The translations under genes were made by a program, and so were the position numbers. 64,000 nucleotides of DNA from an uncultured Gammaproteobacteria bacterium (GTDB lineage Bacteria; Patescibacteriota; Patescibacteriia; UBA1558; GWA2-36-10), in contig CAZWIT010000001.1 of NCBI GenBank assembly GCA_964633905.1, positions 65,535 through 129,534 of the forward strand, given 5' to 3'. A model generated the notes under the pieces. That model saw only the letters and a list, made by a program, of their open reading frames with translations, was not told the origin of the DNA and ran no database searches. How positions within the stretch are numbered: the first letter of the stretch is position 1; each line of letters opens with the position of its first letter. Shown piece by piece: positions 48,873-59,091 of the stretch.

Positions 48873-50957
48873 TTATTGATTAACGGCTAGTAAATAGAGA
48901 TGTTGACCATTGAGTAAATAAATTGCTTGTTCGTTAGGGTCAATGGTTAGATCAAGTAATTGATCAAATTTTAGGGAAGTATATTGGTCTTTAATATTAC
49001 CGTCTTTATTTAAAATAACTACGCGTTGGTTACTGGGATCAATAATATAGAGATATTTAGAATCACGGAAAGTTTGGATAGTAGCCTGAGCGCCAATTTT
49101 TGGATTGGGTGTTTGGTAGTTAAATTCTTCTGTTTTTCCTTTGGTAAATTTTTTGATCTGACCTTGGTTATCAATAGTATAAATACTGCCATCAACTGTA
49201 AAACTAGAAACATCTTGTAGATTTACCGTTTCTTTTAACCAAGCTTGACCATTGCTAAAGCTATTTGCATTTTCTGGGTATTTAAAAAATTGATTGCCTT
49301 TAGCGTCTAAAACATAGAGATTGTTGCTATAGATGTTTAAATCTTGGACGCTAGTATTGCCGGAAGATTGGGATAAGGGGAAGTTAGCTTGTTTATTTTC
49401 GGTAATATCATAAATAAAAAATTGTTCACTATTACCAACTACTAGGCGTTGACTTTGGGGCCAGTCCGCTAAAAATTTGCCTTGATTAAAGTCAGAAACA
49501 GCGTTTAAGTTTCGGTCTTTTAGTAAATAAATTTTTTGACTATCCAAGATATAAAAATTGCCATCTTTTTGAACAATTTGTTGGGGGTTTACTAAAGTAC
49601 TTAAACTACTTAATTCTAATGGCTCGGGAACATCGTGAATGCGTCGCACTTCATTTAATTGTTTGCGAGTCTTTTCTTTAAAGGTAGCAATTTCTTCTTC
49701 TTGTTGTTTGCTAGTGAGTTTTAAGTTTTCTAAGGTTGTTTGGATTTCTAGTAGGATGGTTTCAGCGGCTATTTGGTCATTGTAAATCAGTTTACTATCA
49801 GCTTCAGCAAATTTACCATCAATTGAACTTATTAATTCTTGATAAACTTTATCTTTTTGACTAACTGATTTTTTTTGAGTTAAAAAAACTAAACTTTGAA
49901 TAAATATTAAGACTGTAGCCAGTAAACCGACTAAAGCAATTTTTTGGGCAGACTTTAATCTTTGCCACCAATTATATTTTTTATCAAAGGTATTTTTTAC
50001 TTCTGATAATACTTGCTCTTCCTTTTGTTTGCGCCAGTGTGGTGAAAAAATAAACAAAATACTATTTTTTATTTGGCGGTATAAAAATCTTAATACTTTA
50101 TAGACACTGATAAAAAATAAAGCTATTAAGGCAAAAAATCTTTTTATTTTTTGTAAAGGATTATTATTGTGTTTATGCTCAAAGTCTAAGCTAGCTTGGT
50201 GATGACTAGGTGTTTTAGGTCGATGATAACTAATAAGATCTGACTTTTTCTTTATTTCATCATTTGCTTCAATAGTAGTATTTGCTGAGGCTACTTGATC
50301 ATAATCTCCAGGACCACTATTTTTTATTACCACAGCGTTAAAGCTAACAAAATCAGGCACAGTAGCCAGGAGTGAATTAAGTTTGATTACTGTAGCTTGT
50401 GGGGTATAGCGTTTGGCTATTTGTCTAATTTTTTCTTGGGCAATATAGTCAAGGAGTGAGTTGGTAGAAATAATAAAAACATCGCCTTCTTCAAGTAAAC
50501 CGCTGTGAATGTCAGTAAAAGCTTTGCTGGGGCTAAAGTTTTGTTTTTTATGTAAAACAGCTTCTAGGCGGTGGCGTGATAGAGCAAGTCCGTTGATCTG
50601 ACCAATGTTTGATAAATGAATAGCTTCATTATTAAAAATGCCAATAGCCATATCTAAACCATATAACCAGTTGCGAATTTTGCTAGCGGCGCTTAATTCT
50701 GGTAATAGGCTGTTTATTTTTTGCAAGATATCTTCTAAAACAATCTCTGGATTAGAATTTTTGCTAGAACTAAGGATATTACTAGCTTCGCTGATAATTT
50801 GTTCTAAAAGTGCTTGCTGGTCTATTTTATTTTTTTGGACTTCTAGTACGATAAAAAGACGACCACAGGCCGCAGCATCGCTAATATAGTTGACAGATAA
50901 TTCACGAGCACTAAAGGCGTCGTGGCGGAATAATCTGTGATATCTTAAGTCCGGCAT
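48873..50957 (-). CDS. Membrane protein: degenerate PP2C-like N terminus, TM/coiled coil, C-terminal beta-propeller
   Basis: GDVFIISTNSL; repeated LYVLD/LYIID blades; CAT at 50955-50957 shows minus strand (the track label + is wrong). Confidence 0.7.
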   Translation of the reverse strand: MPDLRYHRLFRHDAFSARELSVNYISDAAACGRLFIVLEVQKNKIDQQALLEQIISEASNILSSSKNSNPEIVLEDILQKINSLLPELSAASKIRNWLYGLDMAIGIFNNEAIHLSNIGQINGLALSRHRLEAVLHKKQNFSPSKAFTDIHSGLLEEGDVFIISTNSLLDYIAQEKIRQIAKRYTPQATVIKLNSLLATVPDFVSFNAVVIKNSGPGDYDQVASANTTIEANDEIKKKSDLISYHRPKTPSHHQASLDFEHKHNNNPLQKIKRFFALIALFFISVYKVLRFLYRQIKNSILFIFSPHWRKQKEEQVLSEVKNTFDKKYNWWQRLKSAQKIALVGLLATVLIFIQSLVFLTQKKSVSQKDKVYQELISSIDGKFAEADSKLIYNDQIAAETILLEIQTTLENLKLTSKQQEEEIATFKEKTRKQLNEVRRIHDVPEPLELSSLSTLVNPQQIVQKDGNFYILDSQKIYLLKDRNLNAVSDFNQGKFLADWPQSQRLVVGNSEQFFIYDITENKQANFPLSQSSGNTSVQDLNIYSNNLYVLDAKGNQFFKYPENANSFSNGQAWLKETVNLQDVSSFTVDGSIYTIDNQGQIKKFTKGKTEEFNYQTPNPKIGAQATIQTFRDSKYLYIIDPSNQRVVILNKDGNIKDQYTSLKFDQLLDLTIDPNEQAIYLLNGQHLYLLAVNQ

Positions 50958-51128
50958 TTTACATTTGTTACGAATAATATTATACTATATTCAGCCGTTT
51001 TAGTAAATCACGTTTAAAAATTCACCTTTGAAATTTTGACCACAATTAGTAGTGGTAAGTAATAAATAATAGCTTATTTATTATTAAAAGATTTTATAGT
51101 AATTTTTTTACGTGATAAATATTTTTTT

Positions 51129-51749
51129 ATGCTTGAACAAATTTTTGGTTCAACAGCCAGAACAGAAATTTTAAAATTTTTTTGTGTGCATGCCCAGGAT
51201 AAAGTTTTTATGCGAGAGCTAGCACGGCTTTTAAATTTACAACTAAATTCCATTAGAAGAGAGTTGGATAATCTAGAAAATTTTGGTTTTTTGCATTCAG
51301 CAGAGGAAGGTGGCAAGAAATTTTATTATACTAATCAAGATTTCCCCTTATTTTTGGAAATAAAAAATTTAGTGCTTAAGGCTATTACTTTGGATGATAT
51401 GTATTTAGCTGATAAGATGTCTAAAATTTCTGGTTTAAAGCTTTTGGTTTTTACTGGTATGTTGACCAAGGCTCCGACTTTGACTGATGTTTTGATTGTT
51501 GGTAAAGTGAAAAAACAAGATTTTGAAAAGTATTTAAAGAAAATTTCGGAAGGCTTAGCTCATGATTTAAGATTTACTTATCTTAGCACCGAGGACTATC
51601 TTTATCGTTTGGCGGTAGTAGATAAATTTTTGTATGATATTTGGGCACATAATAAGATAGTGGTAGTTGATAAGCTTTCCAAAGAACCAAAACTAAGCAC
51701 TATTTCCGATTATAATTTTAAGCATTTTAAGGAGAATGAACAAAAATGA
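51129..51749 (+). CDS. Winged-helix protein with C-terminal nucleotidyltransferase-like domain
   Basis: FGSTAR..MRELARL..IRRELDNL; TDVLIVG. Confidence 0.65.
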   Translation: MLEQIFGSTARTEILKFFCVHAQDKVFMRELARLLNLQLNSIRRELDNLENFGFLHSAEEGGKKFYYTNQDFPLFLEIKNLVLKAITLDDMYLADKMSKISGLKLLVFTGMLTKAPTLTDVLIVGKVKKQDFEKYLKKISEGLAHDLRFTYLSTEDYLYRLAVVDKFLYDIWAHNKIVVVDKLSKEPKLSTISDYNFKHFKENEQK

Positions 51750-52174
51750 TTTTAGTTTTAAATATCAAAGTTAAAGAACAGGCGCTTTGGCAGCTTTATC
51801 AAGATGATAAGTTGATAGCCAGTCAATTAGTTGCTAAATTTGAGCAGAATGATAGTTTTTTAGCTTCTTTAGACAAGCTTTTTGAAAAAACTGGCAAAAA
51901 TTTAAAATTAGTTAAATCTTTTATTTTATTAGTAAAAGAAGCTAGTCTAACACAGCTAAAATTAGCGACGGCTATTATCAATGCCTTGGCTTGGCTAGAG
52001 GCAAAACCAATAGCAGGTGAGTTTTTTTATCATTTAACTGAAGCTGAAGTTTTAAGTCAGCAGTTTGTTAAAATATCAAAGATAAAAGAGTTTACACCTT
52101 TAAAAGTTGAGTATTTACGGCCAGTTGATATTACCATTAGTAAAAAAGTTAATAAATTTAAGTTAACTAATTGA
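51746..52174 (+). CDS. Hypothetical protein, possibly a reduced TsaB-like protein
   Basis: L-x-x-LDKL, SLTQLKL..NALA, terminal Y-x-x-P-x-I resemble short TsaB forms. Confidence 0.4.
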   Translation: MILVLNIKVKEQALWQLYQDDKLIASQLVAKFEQNDSFLASLDKLFEKTGKNLKLVKSFILLVKEASLTQLKLATAIINALAWLEAKPIAGEFFYHLTEAEVLSQQFVKISKIKEFTPLKVEYLRPVDITISKKVNKFKLTN

Positions 52175-52287
52175 TCCGGGTATAAATTGGTAATAAGAAT
52201 ATATAAAAACAGTCATTATTGTCTGTTTTTTTATTTAAAATGGTTTACTAGACTGCTTGCGCCGTAAGGAGCTTAGTGGCTATATGG

Positions 52288-52467
52288 TGTGGATAAGTTA
52301 TTTTTTTTGATTTGGCAAAAAAGTTAAAAAATTGTTTAACATAAGCATTATTGTGGATAAGTAAAGCCTTTATTTTATTGACATTTGCTTAGTCAGTGGG
52401 GTATAATGTATTAAGAAAGTAGAAAAGTGGTAAAAAGTGGGGAATAACTAGTTTGAGCTGTGGATAA
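52288..52467 (-). promoter_or_regulatory. Three perfect DnaA boxes (TTATCCACA) in the mraZ upstream region
   Basis: TGTGGATAA at 52288, 52352 and 52459, each followed by GT. Confidence 0.8.
52378..52442 (+). promoter_or_regulatory. dcw promoter with MraZ-type AAAGTGG repeats
   Basis: TTGACA 52378, TATAAT 52402; AAAGTAG 52416, AAAGTGG 52424 and 52434. Confidence 0.75.
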
Positions 52468-52472
52468 GTTTT

Positions 52473-52904
52473 ATGTTTATTGGCGAATACAAATACAACT
52501 TAGATGAAAAAAATCGCTTGGCTATACCTAGTAAGTTTCGCCAGCAATTTTCTGATGGCTTAGTTATTACCAAAGGTTTGGATAACTGTTTGTTTATTTA
52601 CACTGCTAAAGAATGGCAAAAATTAGTTGATAAATTAACCAATTTGCCGATCAGCCAAGCTAAATCCAGAGCTTTTTCTCGTATGATGTTAGCTGGTGCT
52701 ATGGATGTAATGCTTGATAAACAAGGTAGAGTAGTCTTGCCGGATTATTTAAAGGAGTTTGCTTCTTTAAATAAACAAATAGTTATAGCTGGTCTTTATA
52801 ATCGTTTAGAAGTTTGGGATGATAAATTATGGGCTAGGTATCAAAGAGTGGCTGATAAAGACAGTAATAATATAGCTGAGAGCTTGATTGATTTGGGTAT
52901 TTAG
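52473..52904 (+). CDS. mraZ: Division/cell wall cluster repressor MraZ
   Basis: MFIGEY..DEKNRLAIP, DKQGRV. Confidence 0.97.
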   Translation: MFIGEYKYNLDEKNRLAIPSKFRQQFSDGLVITKGLDNCLFIYTAKEWQKLVDKLTNLPISQAKSRAFSRMMLAGAMDVMLDKQGRVVLPDYLKEFASLNKQIVIAGLYNRLEVWDDKLWARYQRVADKDSNNIAESLIDLGI

Positions 52905-52905
52905 T

Positions 52906-53874
52906 ATGCCGCCATTTAAACACCAGAGTGTTTTAAGTAAGGAGTTGATAGCTTATTTAAAACCACTTAGTAATCAGAATTTTATTGATGGTACCTTGGG
53001 TGGTGGCGGGCATAGTAAAGCAATTTTGCAAAAGACTGGGCCCAGTGGCAAAGTTTTAGCTTTTGAACTTGATGTAAGGGCATTGACGGCAGCTAAGCAG
53101 TATTTGAGTGAATATAAAAATCGTTTAATAGTTGTTCACGATAGTTACGCTCATTTAAAAAAGAATTATCAGGAACATAAAAATTTTGGTGCCGTTTCCG
53201 GCATTATTGTAGATTTAGGTTTATCCTCTGATCAATTGGATCAAGCGCAGCGTGGTTTTTCTTTTAAAGATCAAGGCAAGCTTGATATGCGTTTTGATGC
53301 TACTCAAGATAGTTTGACTGCTAGCGATATTATTCTGAACTGGTCGGAAGCAAATTTATTTAAAATATTCAAGGAGTATGGCGAAGAATTGCAGGCTAAG
53401 CGCCTGGCTAAAGGTTTAGTCCTTTGGCGAGAAGCTATATCAAAACAAAAACAAAAGTATATAGAGACTCCCATGCTTGTCTCCGCCATACTTCGAATAT
53501 TAAATATAAAAGAAAGTGATTTAAAAAAATTCCGTCGCCATCCCGCTACTAAAGTTTTTCAGGCTTTGCGGATAGCGGTTAATCAAGAATTAACAAATTT
53601 ACAAGCTTTTTTGCCACAAGCAGTTGAAATCTTGGCCCCAGGCGGACAGCTGGCTGTAATCAGTTTTCACTCCCTTGAGGATAGGATAGTGAAACAATTT
53701 TTTCAGAAATCAGCTCGTCCTTGCATCTGTCCGCCTGCTTCACCTCAATGTGTTTGCGGCTTAAAACCCAGTTTAAAAATAATTAGCAAAAAGGCAGTCA
53801 AGCCCAGTGAAGAGGAGATTTCCTTAAATCCTCGTAGTCGTAGTGCAATCTTAAGGCTTGCACAGAAAATATAA
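52906..53874 (+). CDS. rsmH: 16S rRNA m4C1402 methyltransferase
   Basis: HQSVL, DGTLGGGGHS, DLGLSS, LDMRF, FQALRI, SFHSLEDR, NPRSRSA. Confidence 0.97.
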   Translation: MPPFKHQSVLSKELIAYLKPLSNQNFIDGTLGGGGHSKAILQKTGPSGKVLAFELDVRALTAAKQYLSEYKNRLIVVHDSYAHLKKNYQEHKNFGAVSGIIVDLGLSSDQLDQAQRGFSFKDQGKLDMRFDATQDSLTASDIILNWSEANLFKIFKEYGEELQAKRLAKGLVLWREAISKQKQKYIETPMLVSAILRILNIKESDLKKFRRHPATKVFQALRIAVNQELTNLQAFLPQAVEILAPGGQLAVISFHSLEDRIVKQFFQKSARPCICPPASPQCVCGLKPSLKIISKKAVKPSEEEISLNPRSRSAILRLAQKI

Positions 53875-53897
53875 AAATAAAAACAAAAATAAAAAAT

Positions 53898-54218
53898 ATG
53901 TTAAAATCACAAACTTTATCAAAAATGTTGACAATTTTAAAAAAACGTAATGGTTTATGGTTGGCAATGATAGTCTTGTTGTGGATGTTTGGCTTAGTAG
54001 CTTCTAATCTTTCTACTAGTCAAAATTTAGAGCGTAATGAGTTAAGCAAGAATATTAGAAAATTAGAAGACGAGCAACGTATTTTGGATGCGGCCGTTAG
54101 TCAATTACAGGCTTTAGACCGTATTGAAAATGCCAGTCAGCGTTTAAATTTAGTGAAAGTTGATAATAAAAATGTAGCATATTTGACAGTGTCTGATGAT
54201 AAAGTGGCTTTAAAATAA
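53898..54218 (+). CDS. ftsL: FtsL-like cell division protein
   Basis: TM plus leucine-zipper coiled coil between rsmH and the PBP gene. Confidence 0.7.
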   Translation: MLKSQTLSKMLTILKKRNGLWLAMIVLLWMFGLVASNLSTSQNLERNELSKNIRKLEDEQRILDAAVSQLQALDRIENASQRLNLVKVDNKNVAYLTVSDDKVALK

Positions 54219-54242
54219 ACTAAAAATTAGTTTTGGTAATCT

Positions 54243-56051
54243 ATGAATTGGGGACGCAACAGCTTTAATCAAACTATTATTACCAGAACTAATATTTTAC
54301 AGAGTATTATTTTTTTATTTATACTAGCGGTCATTGGCCGCTTGTTTTATTTGCAAATTATTAAAAATAAATATTATTTTGACTTAGGTTTATCACAACG
54401 TGGTGTTGAACAAGAAGTAAAACCTGAGAGAGGGAGAATATTAGCTTTAAGTTCTGAAACAGAAGCAGAACAGTTTTATCCTTTGGCAGTCAATAAAGTT
54501 TATTATGAGGTCATTTTAAATCCTAGTAAAATTACTCGACCTCAGAATATGGCGGATATTTTAGCTGAGACTTTAGAAATGGATAAAAATCTTGTTTTAG
54601 AAAAGGTGAAATTAGTTGATAAACGTTATGAATTGCTTGCTAAAAATATCAGTGAAGATAAAATTATCACTATTAAATCAAAACTAGAAGAGATTTTAAC
54701 TGATGTTAATCAGGGTAAATCAAGTAAAGATAAATTAAGGACAATTGAAGAATTAGGCATTAGTTTTAATAAAAGTGTTTTGCGTTATTATCCCGACAAG
54801 GAAGTAGGTGCTCATATTTTGGGTTTTTTAGGTTTTGCTGAAGATGGAGTAAGTCGCGTTGGTAAATATGGTTTAGAAGCCTATTTTGAAAAAGATTTAT
54901 CAGGCCAAACTGGTTGGGTTTTAGGTGAAAAAGATGTAGCTGGAGTACTACTTGCTGATAGCCAAGCCGAAGCAGCGGTTAATGGGGCTGATTTAGTTTT
55001 GACCATTGATCACACTGTTCAATACAAAGCTTGTAAGATGTTAGAAAAATCAGTAATAAAACACAGTGCTGATAGGGGTTCTTTGATTATTTTAGATAGT
55101 AGCACAGGAGCTATTCGGGCTATGTGTAATTATCCTAGTTTTGATCCTAATGAATACAATAAGGTAAGTGATGCTAATGTTTATAATAACTTAGCTGTTT
55201 ATCAAGCCTATGAGCCTGGTTCAGTTATGAAAGCTCTTGCTATGGCTATTGCTATTGACCAGGGTAAGGTCAATCCAACTACCATGTATGAAGACAAGGG
55301 TGAAATTAAATTCGCTAGCGGTCAAGTTATTCGTAATGCTGGTAATAAGACCTATGGTTTTGTTGATATGAAAAAAGTCTTAGCTTATTCTATTAACACT
55401 GGTATTGTTCGTGCTACTTCAGATGTGCCTAACAAAGTATTTCATGATTATATGAAAAATTTTGGTTTTGGCGAAGCAACTAATATTTATTTAAGTCAGG
55501 AAGTCAAAGGCGATATAGATGAATTAGAAAAAAAAGGTGATATTTATAAAGCTACTGCTTCTTATGGTCATGGTATTACAGTTACGCCTTTGCAAATGGT
55601 TAATGCTTTTAATGTTATTGCTAATCGTGGTAATCTGATGCAGCCTTATATTATTAACTCAGTTCGCTATAATGATAAAGTAATTGCTCAATATGAGCCT
55701 AAAATTTTACGTCGAGAAGTAATTTCTACGCAAACAGCCTCAACTCTATCTGCAATGTTGGTACACGTAGTAGATAGCGAACACGCTGTTGGCGCTCGCG
55801 TGCCAGGATATTTTGTTGCTGGTAAATCAGGCACAGCTCAAGTTGCTAGTATTGGAGCTAAAAAATATGATAGCAGTGTTACTATTCATAGTTTTATTGG
55901 TTTTGCTCCTAATGAAAATCCTAAATTCACCATGTTAGTAAAATTAGATAACCCTAAGACTGCTCAATACTCTGAAGCCACGGCTATTCCTTTATTTGGC
56001 GAAATTGCTAAATTTCTGTTAGAATACTATCGCATTCCACCCAGTCGTTAA
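54243..56051 (+). CDS. ftsI: Class B penicillin-binding protein (FtsI)
   Basis: RGRI, RYYP, EPGSVMK, SIN, KSGTAQ. Confidence 0.92.
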   Translation: MNWGRNSFNQTIITRTNILQSIIFLFILAVIGRLFYLQIIKNKYYFDLGLSQRGVEQEVKPERGRILALSSETEAEQFYPLAVNKVYYEVILNPSKITRPQNMADILAETLEMDKNLVLEKVKLVDKRYELLAKNISEDKIITIKSKLEEILTDVNQGKSSKDKLRTIEELGISFNKSVLRYYPDKEVGAHILGFLGFAEDGVSRVGKYGLEAYFEKDLSGQTGWVLGEKDVAGVLLADSQAEAAVNGADLVLTIDHTVQYKACKMLEKSVIKHSADRGSLIILDSSTGAIRAMCNYPSFDPNEYNKVSDANVYNNLAVYQAYEPGSVMKALAMAIAIDQGKVNPTTMYEDKGEIKFASGQVIRNAGNKTYGFVDMKKVLAYSINTGIVRATSDVPNKVFHDYMKNFGFGEATNIYLSQEVKGDIDELEKKGDIYKATASYGHGITVTPLQMVNAFNVIANRGNLMQPYIINSVRYNDKVIAQYEPKILRREVISTQTASTLSAMLVHVVDSEHAVGARVPGYFVAGKSGTAQVASIGAKKYDSSVTIHSFIGFAPNENPKFTMLVKLDNPKTAQYSEATAIPLFGEIAKFLLEYYRIPPSR

Positions 56052-56062
56052 ATATTAGTAAA

Positions 56063-57340
56063 ATGAGTAAAATTTTGAGAAAACCATTGTTTTGGCTATT
56101 AAAGTTACTGGCTAAGGCAACTATCAAAAAATACCAACCAAAAGTGATTGGCATTACTGGTTCAGTTGGTAAAACATCGGCAAAATTTGCAACTGCTGTT
56201 GTTTTGGCATCAAAATTTTCTATTCGTTATGGTAAAAAGAATTATAATAACGAAATTGGTTTACCGCTCACTATTTTAGGAGATGATCTTACTGCTGGAA
56301 AAAATATTTTTGTTTGGTTTAGGATTTTTTTAAGGGCTTTAAAAAATTTATTATTTACAGATAAAAAATATCCTCAAGTTTTAATTTTAGAAATGGGTGC
56401 AGATCGTCCAGGTAATATTGATTATTTGGTTGATATTGCGTCACCACATATAGCAGTAATTACAGCAATTGGTGCTAGTCATTTAGAGTTTTTTGGCAGC
56501 ATTGATAAAGTATTAATTGAAAAATCTAAGATTTTTAAAAAATTAAAATCAGGCGATTGGGCCGTTTTAAATAGTGATGATGTTTATTTACAAAAAATTA
56601 TTCCTCAGATTAAAAATAATATTCACACCTTTGGCACTAGTGCGGATAGTAGTTTGCAGATTGAACAAGTGCATTTAAGTAAAAAGAATGACAGTTATGG
56701 TACTAGTTTTAAATTAAAGTTTAAAGGTGCTGAAGCGCCAGTATTTTTGCCTAATGTCTTGGGTAAACAGCAGGCCGCAGCTAGCGCTGCCGCTGCCTCT
56801 GTTGGTTTGCTTATGGGTTTAAATTTAGTAGAGATTAGTCAATCTTTGATTAATTATAAATCAGCTTTAGGCCGCACTAATTTAATTAAAGGCATAAAAA
56901 ATACTTGGATTATTGATGATACTTATAATGCTTCACCGCAATCTTGTTTGGCAGCTTTAGAAATTTTAACAAATTTTCCGCTAGCTGGTAGAAAAATAGC
57001 AGTTTTTGGTGACATGAGAGAATTGGGTAATTTTAGCGAAGAAGGGCATAGGCAAGTAGGTGAGGCAGTAGTTAAATTTAAAATAGATTATTTATTTGTT
57101 ATTGGTGAAAAATCACGCGATATTGCTCGTAGTGCGCAAGACCAGGGCATGCCCGAAGATCATATTTATCATTTTCCGCAGACAATAGAAGCAGGTATTT
57201 TTTTACAAGAGAGGTTAAAAGACAATGATATAATTTTGGTTAAGGGTTCTAGGGGTAGTAAGATGGAGCAGGTGGTGTATGAGATTATGGCTAGACCATG
57301 GGATGCGGATGAATTATTAGTTGCTAAAGTTAGTCGTTAG
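56063..57340 (+). CDS. murF: UDP-MurNAc-tripeptide--D-Ala-D-Ala ligase
   Basis: GITGSVGKTS, NNEIGLP, LEMG, DDTYNASP, GDMRELG, VKGSR. Confidence 0.95.
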   Translation: MSKILRKPLFWLLKLLAKATIKKYQPKVIGITGSVGKTSAKFATAVVLASKFSIRYGKKNYNNEIGLPLTILGDDLTAGKNIFVWFRIFLRALKNLLFTDKKYPQVLILEMGADRPGNIDYLVDIASPHIAVITAIGASHLEFFGSIDKVLIEKSKIFKKLKSGDWAVLNSDDVYLQKIIPQIKNNIHTFGTSADSSLQIEQVHLSKKNDSYGTSFKLKFKGAEAPVFLPNVLGKQQAAASAAAASVGLLMGLNLVEISQSLINYKSALGRTNLIKGIKNTWIIDDTYNASPQSCLAALEILTNFPLAGRKIAVFGDMRELGNFSEEGHRQVGEAVVKFKIDYLFVIGEKSRDIARSAQDQGMPEDHIYHFPQTIEAGIFLQERLKDNDIILVKGSRGSKMEQVVYEIMARPWDADELLVAKVSR

Positions 57341-57397
57341 TAAGTTAGTTTTGATTGACAAAGATTTATTTTTTTGTTAGAAATATTAAAGTTTTTT

Positions 57398-57472
57398 GGC
57401 CCTATCGTCTAACGGTTAGGACGCGTGGTTCTCAACCATGCAATCAGGGTTCGATTCCCTGTAGGGTCACCA
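57398..57472 (+). tRNA. tRNA-Glu(CTC)
   Basis: Cloverleaf, loop TTCTCAA, encoded CCA. Confidence 0.95.
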
Positions 57473-57473
57473 A

Positions 57474-57550
57474 GGTCGCATGGCTCAGCTGGTTAGAGCG
57501 TCGCATTCACATTGCGAAGGTCCCTGGTTCGAATCCAGGTGCGACCACCA
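57474..57550 (+). tRNA. tRNA-Val(CAC)
   Basis: Cloverleaf, loop TTCACAT, encoded CCA; 1 nt after tRNA-Glu. Confidence 0.95.
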
Positions 57551-57700
57551 TTATTGAGTAATTAAAAAAATCAACCGATCTGGTTGTTTTTTGGTATAAA
57601 AAACAAGACCCTTATTTATACTCCTTGGGTCTTAGGTAGGAGTTGGTGGTAGGCGGGCCCGAAGCTTGCAGCTTCGAACCCGCCGTACCGGTCGGAGGTG

Positions 57701-58525
57701 CTAGCCGCGCCGCGCCTTGGCAGCCGCGAGCAGCTGGTTGGCGATGACACGGGCCTCGCCGTTCACGGGCTTCAGCGGCTCGTGATCCAGCTTGGCAATG
57801 GCTTCATCCTGCACCGTGAGGTCACGGATGACCTCGTCGATGCTCTCGACGTCCGGGATCGCGATCGCGATCCCCATGCCGCCGTGGTCTCTCATGCAGA
57901 CCAGGCAGAGCCTCCAGACCTTGTCGCCGAGCGGAACCTGGGGCACGCCGTTCTTCCCGAACACGGGAATCCCGGCCTTGCCATCGATGCCGGTGCCCAG
58001 CTTGGTGACCATCTGCAGGGTGTCGGCCTCGTCTTCGCTGCGCTTCGTCTTCATCTGTGAGACGAACTCGCAGACACGGATGAAGACGCGGTCGGACGGG
58101 TAGTCCGGGTTGGTGGCGTAGAAGGCCAGCGCCGCGTTGATGTCCTTGGCGTACTGGTCGTTCTCCATCGCCATCGCCGACTTCTGCTGCTGCAGAGCCT
58201 CGATGCAATCGCGGACCCGGTCGTGGTCATGGTTCATCATGCCCACGGCCTCGTCCTGGTCGGGCCAGATCCGCATGACGAGCATGCGGTAGCCGTCGCC
58301 CGGAACCTGCAGGCCGCGCCGACGGTCGTCGATGACGACCGACAGGGGCTTGGCGGTGCCGATGCCGTGTTCGGCCGCGCCGTCTTGGACGTACACGACG
58401 CCGTAGGCGTTGCGGTACTCGCTGCGGGTGTTGCCGGTGGCGGTGGTCGGAGCGGTGGCGGTGGTCGGAGCGGTGGCGGCGGGAGCAGCGGCCTTGGGGG
58501 CCTTGGTGTTGGTCTTACGAGCCAT
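57701..58525 (-). CDS. Very GC-rich orphan protein with Lys/Ala/Thr/Pro-rich N terminus
   Basis: AGGAGGT SD; G/C-ending codons throughout; promoter TTGACA 58641-58636, TATAAT 58618-58613. Confidence 0.8.
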   Translation of the reverse strand: MARKTNTKAPKAAAPAATAPTTATAPTTATGNTRSEYRNAYGVVYVQDGAAEHGIGTAKPLSVVIDDRRRGLQVPGDGYRMLVMRIWPDQDEAVGMMNHDHDRVRDCIEALQQQKSAMAMENDQYAKDINAALAFYATNPDYPSDRVFIRVCEFVSQMKTKRSEDEADTLQMVTKLGTGIDGKAGIPVFGKNGVPQVPLGDKVWRLCLVCMRDHGGMGIAIAIPDVESIDEVIRDLTVQDEAIAKLDHEPLKPVNGEARVIANQLLAAAKARRG

Positions 58526-58713
58526 CTTGCTTACCTCCTGAAAATTAGAATGTGCACATCCCCTAAAGTGACAACAGTACCAACAGTCAGTACGTTTATT
58601 AGGGGATTTTTCATTATATCATATATACAAATATTTGTCAAGGGTATTGAAAAGCCCCGGCACTAGGTGCGTCGGGGCTTGGGGCGAAGTGGTACAACAC
58701 AGTCGGCTTGCTA

Positions 58714-59091
58714 CTAGATGTAGCAATTGATCTTGACCCTGGAAATGACTTCTCCAGAGACGCGATCACGAAGTAGTACTTCGTAATTGCCCACCACCAA
58801 GGTGGCTTTGGGATCGTTCATGACTTTAGCCAACAAGCGGCCATTCTTATAGATTTCCATGTAGGCCAGCTTCCTGGCCTGGTTGGATACCATGCAGATG
58901 GGCTTTTCATCAGCCAAGCGGAGGCGGATCGAATCGCCATCGACACAGACGTAGCTAGTATCGATATAGCGCGGGTTGGGCCGAACCAGGATGGTCGCTT
59001 CCCCAGGCTTGGTGATCGGCTGCGAATTGCAGGCGGCAAGCAGAGTCAGCGAAAGAAACAGCAGGCTGGCGATCAGGAAGAACTTACGCAT
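58714..59091 (-). CDS. Orphan lipoprotein
   Basis: Lipobox LLAAC; AAGGAGG SD; promoter TTGACA 59172-59167, TATAAT 59149-59144; hairpin 58651-58680. Confidence 0.75.
   Translation of the reverse strand: MRKFFLIASLLFLSLTLLAACNSQPITKPGEATILVRPNPRYIDTSYVCVDGDSIRLRLADEKPICMVSNQARKLAYMEIYKNGRLLAKVMNDPKATLVVGNYEVLLRDRVSGEVISRVKINCYI

Noticed and set aside
48873-50957. ORF track labels this ORF as plus strand
   Set aside because: The plus strand ends CCGGCAT, the reverse complement of ATGCCGG (MPD..); the gene is on the minus strand
57355-57561. 68-aa ORF
   Set aside because: Shadow of tRNA-Glu and tRNA-Val
57698-58666. Several overlapping ORFs on both strands
   Set aside because: By-products of high GC and few stop codons; only 57701..58525 (-) has SD, promoter and codon bias
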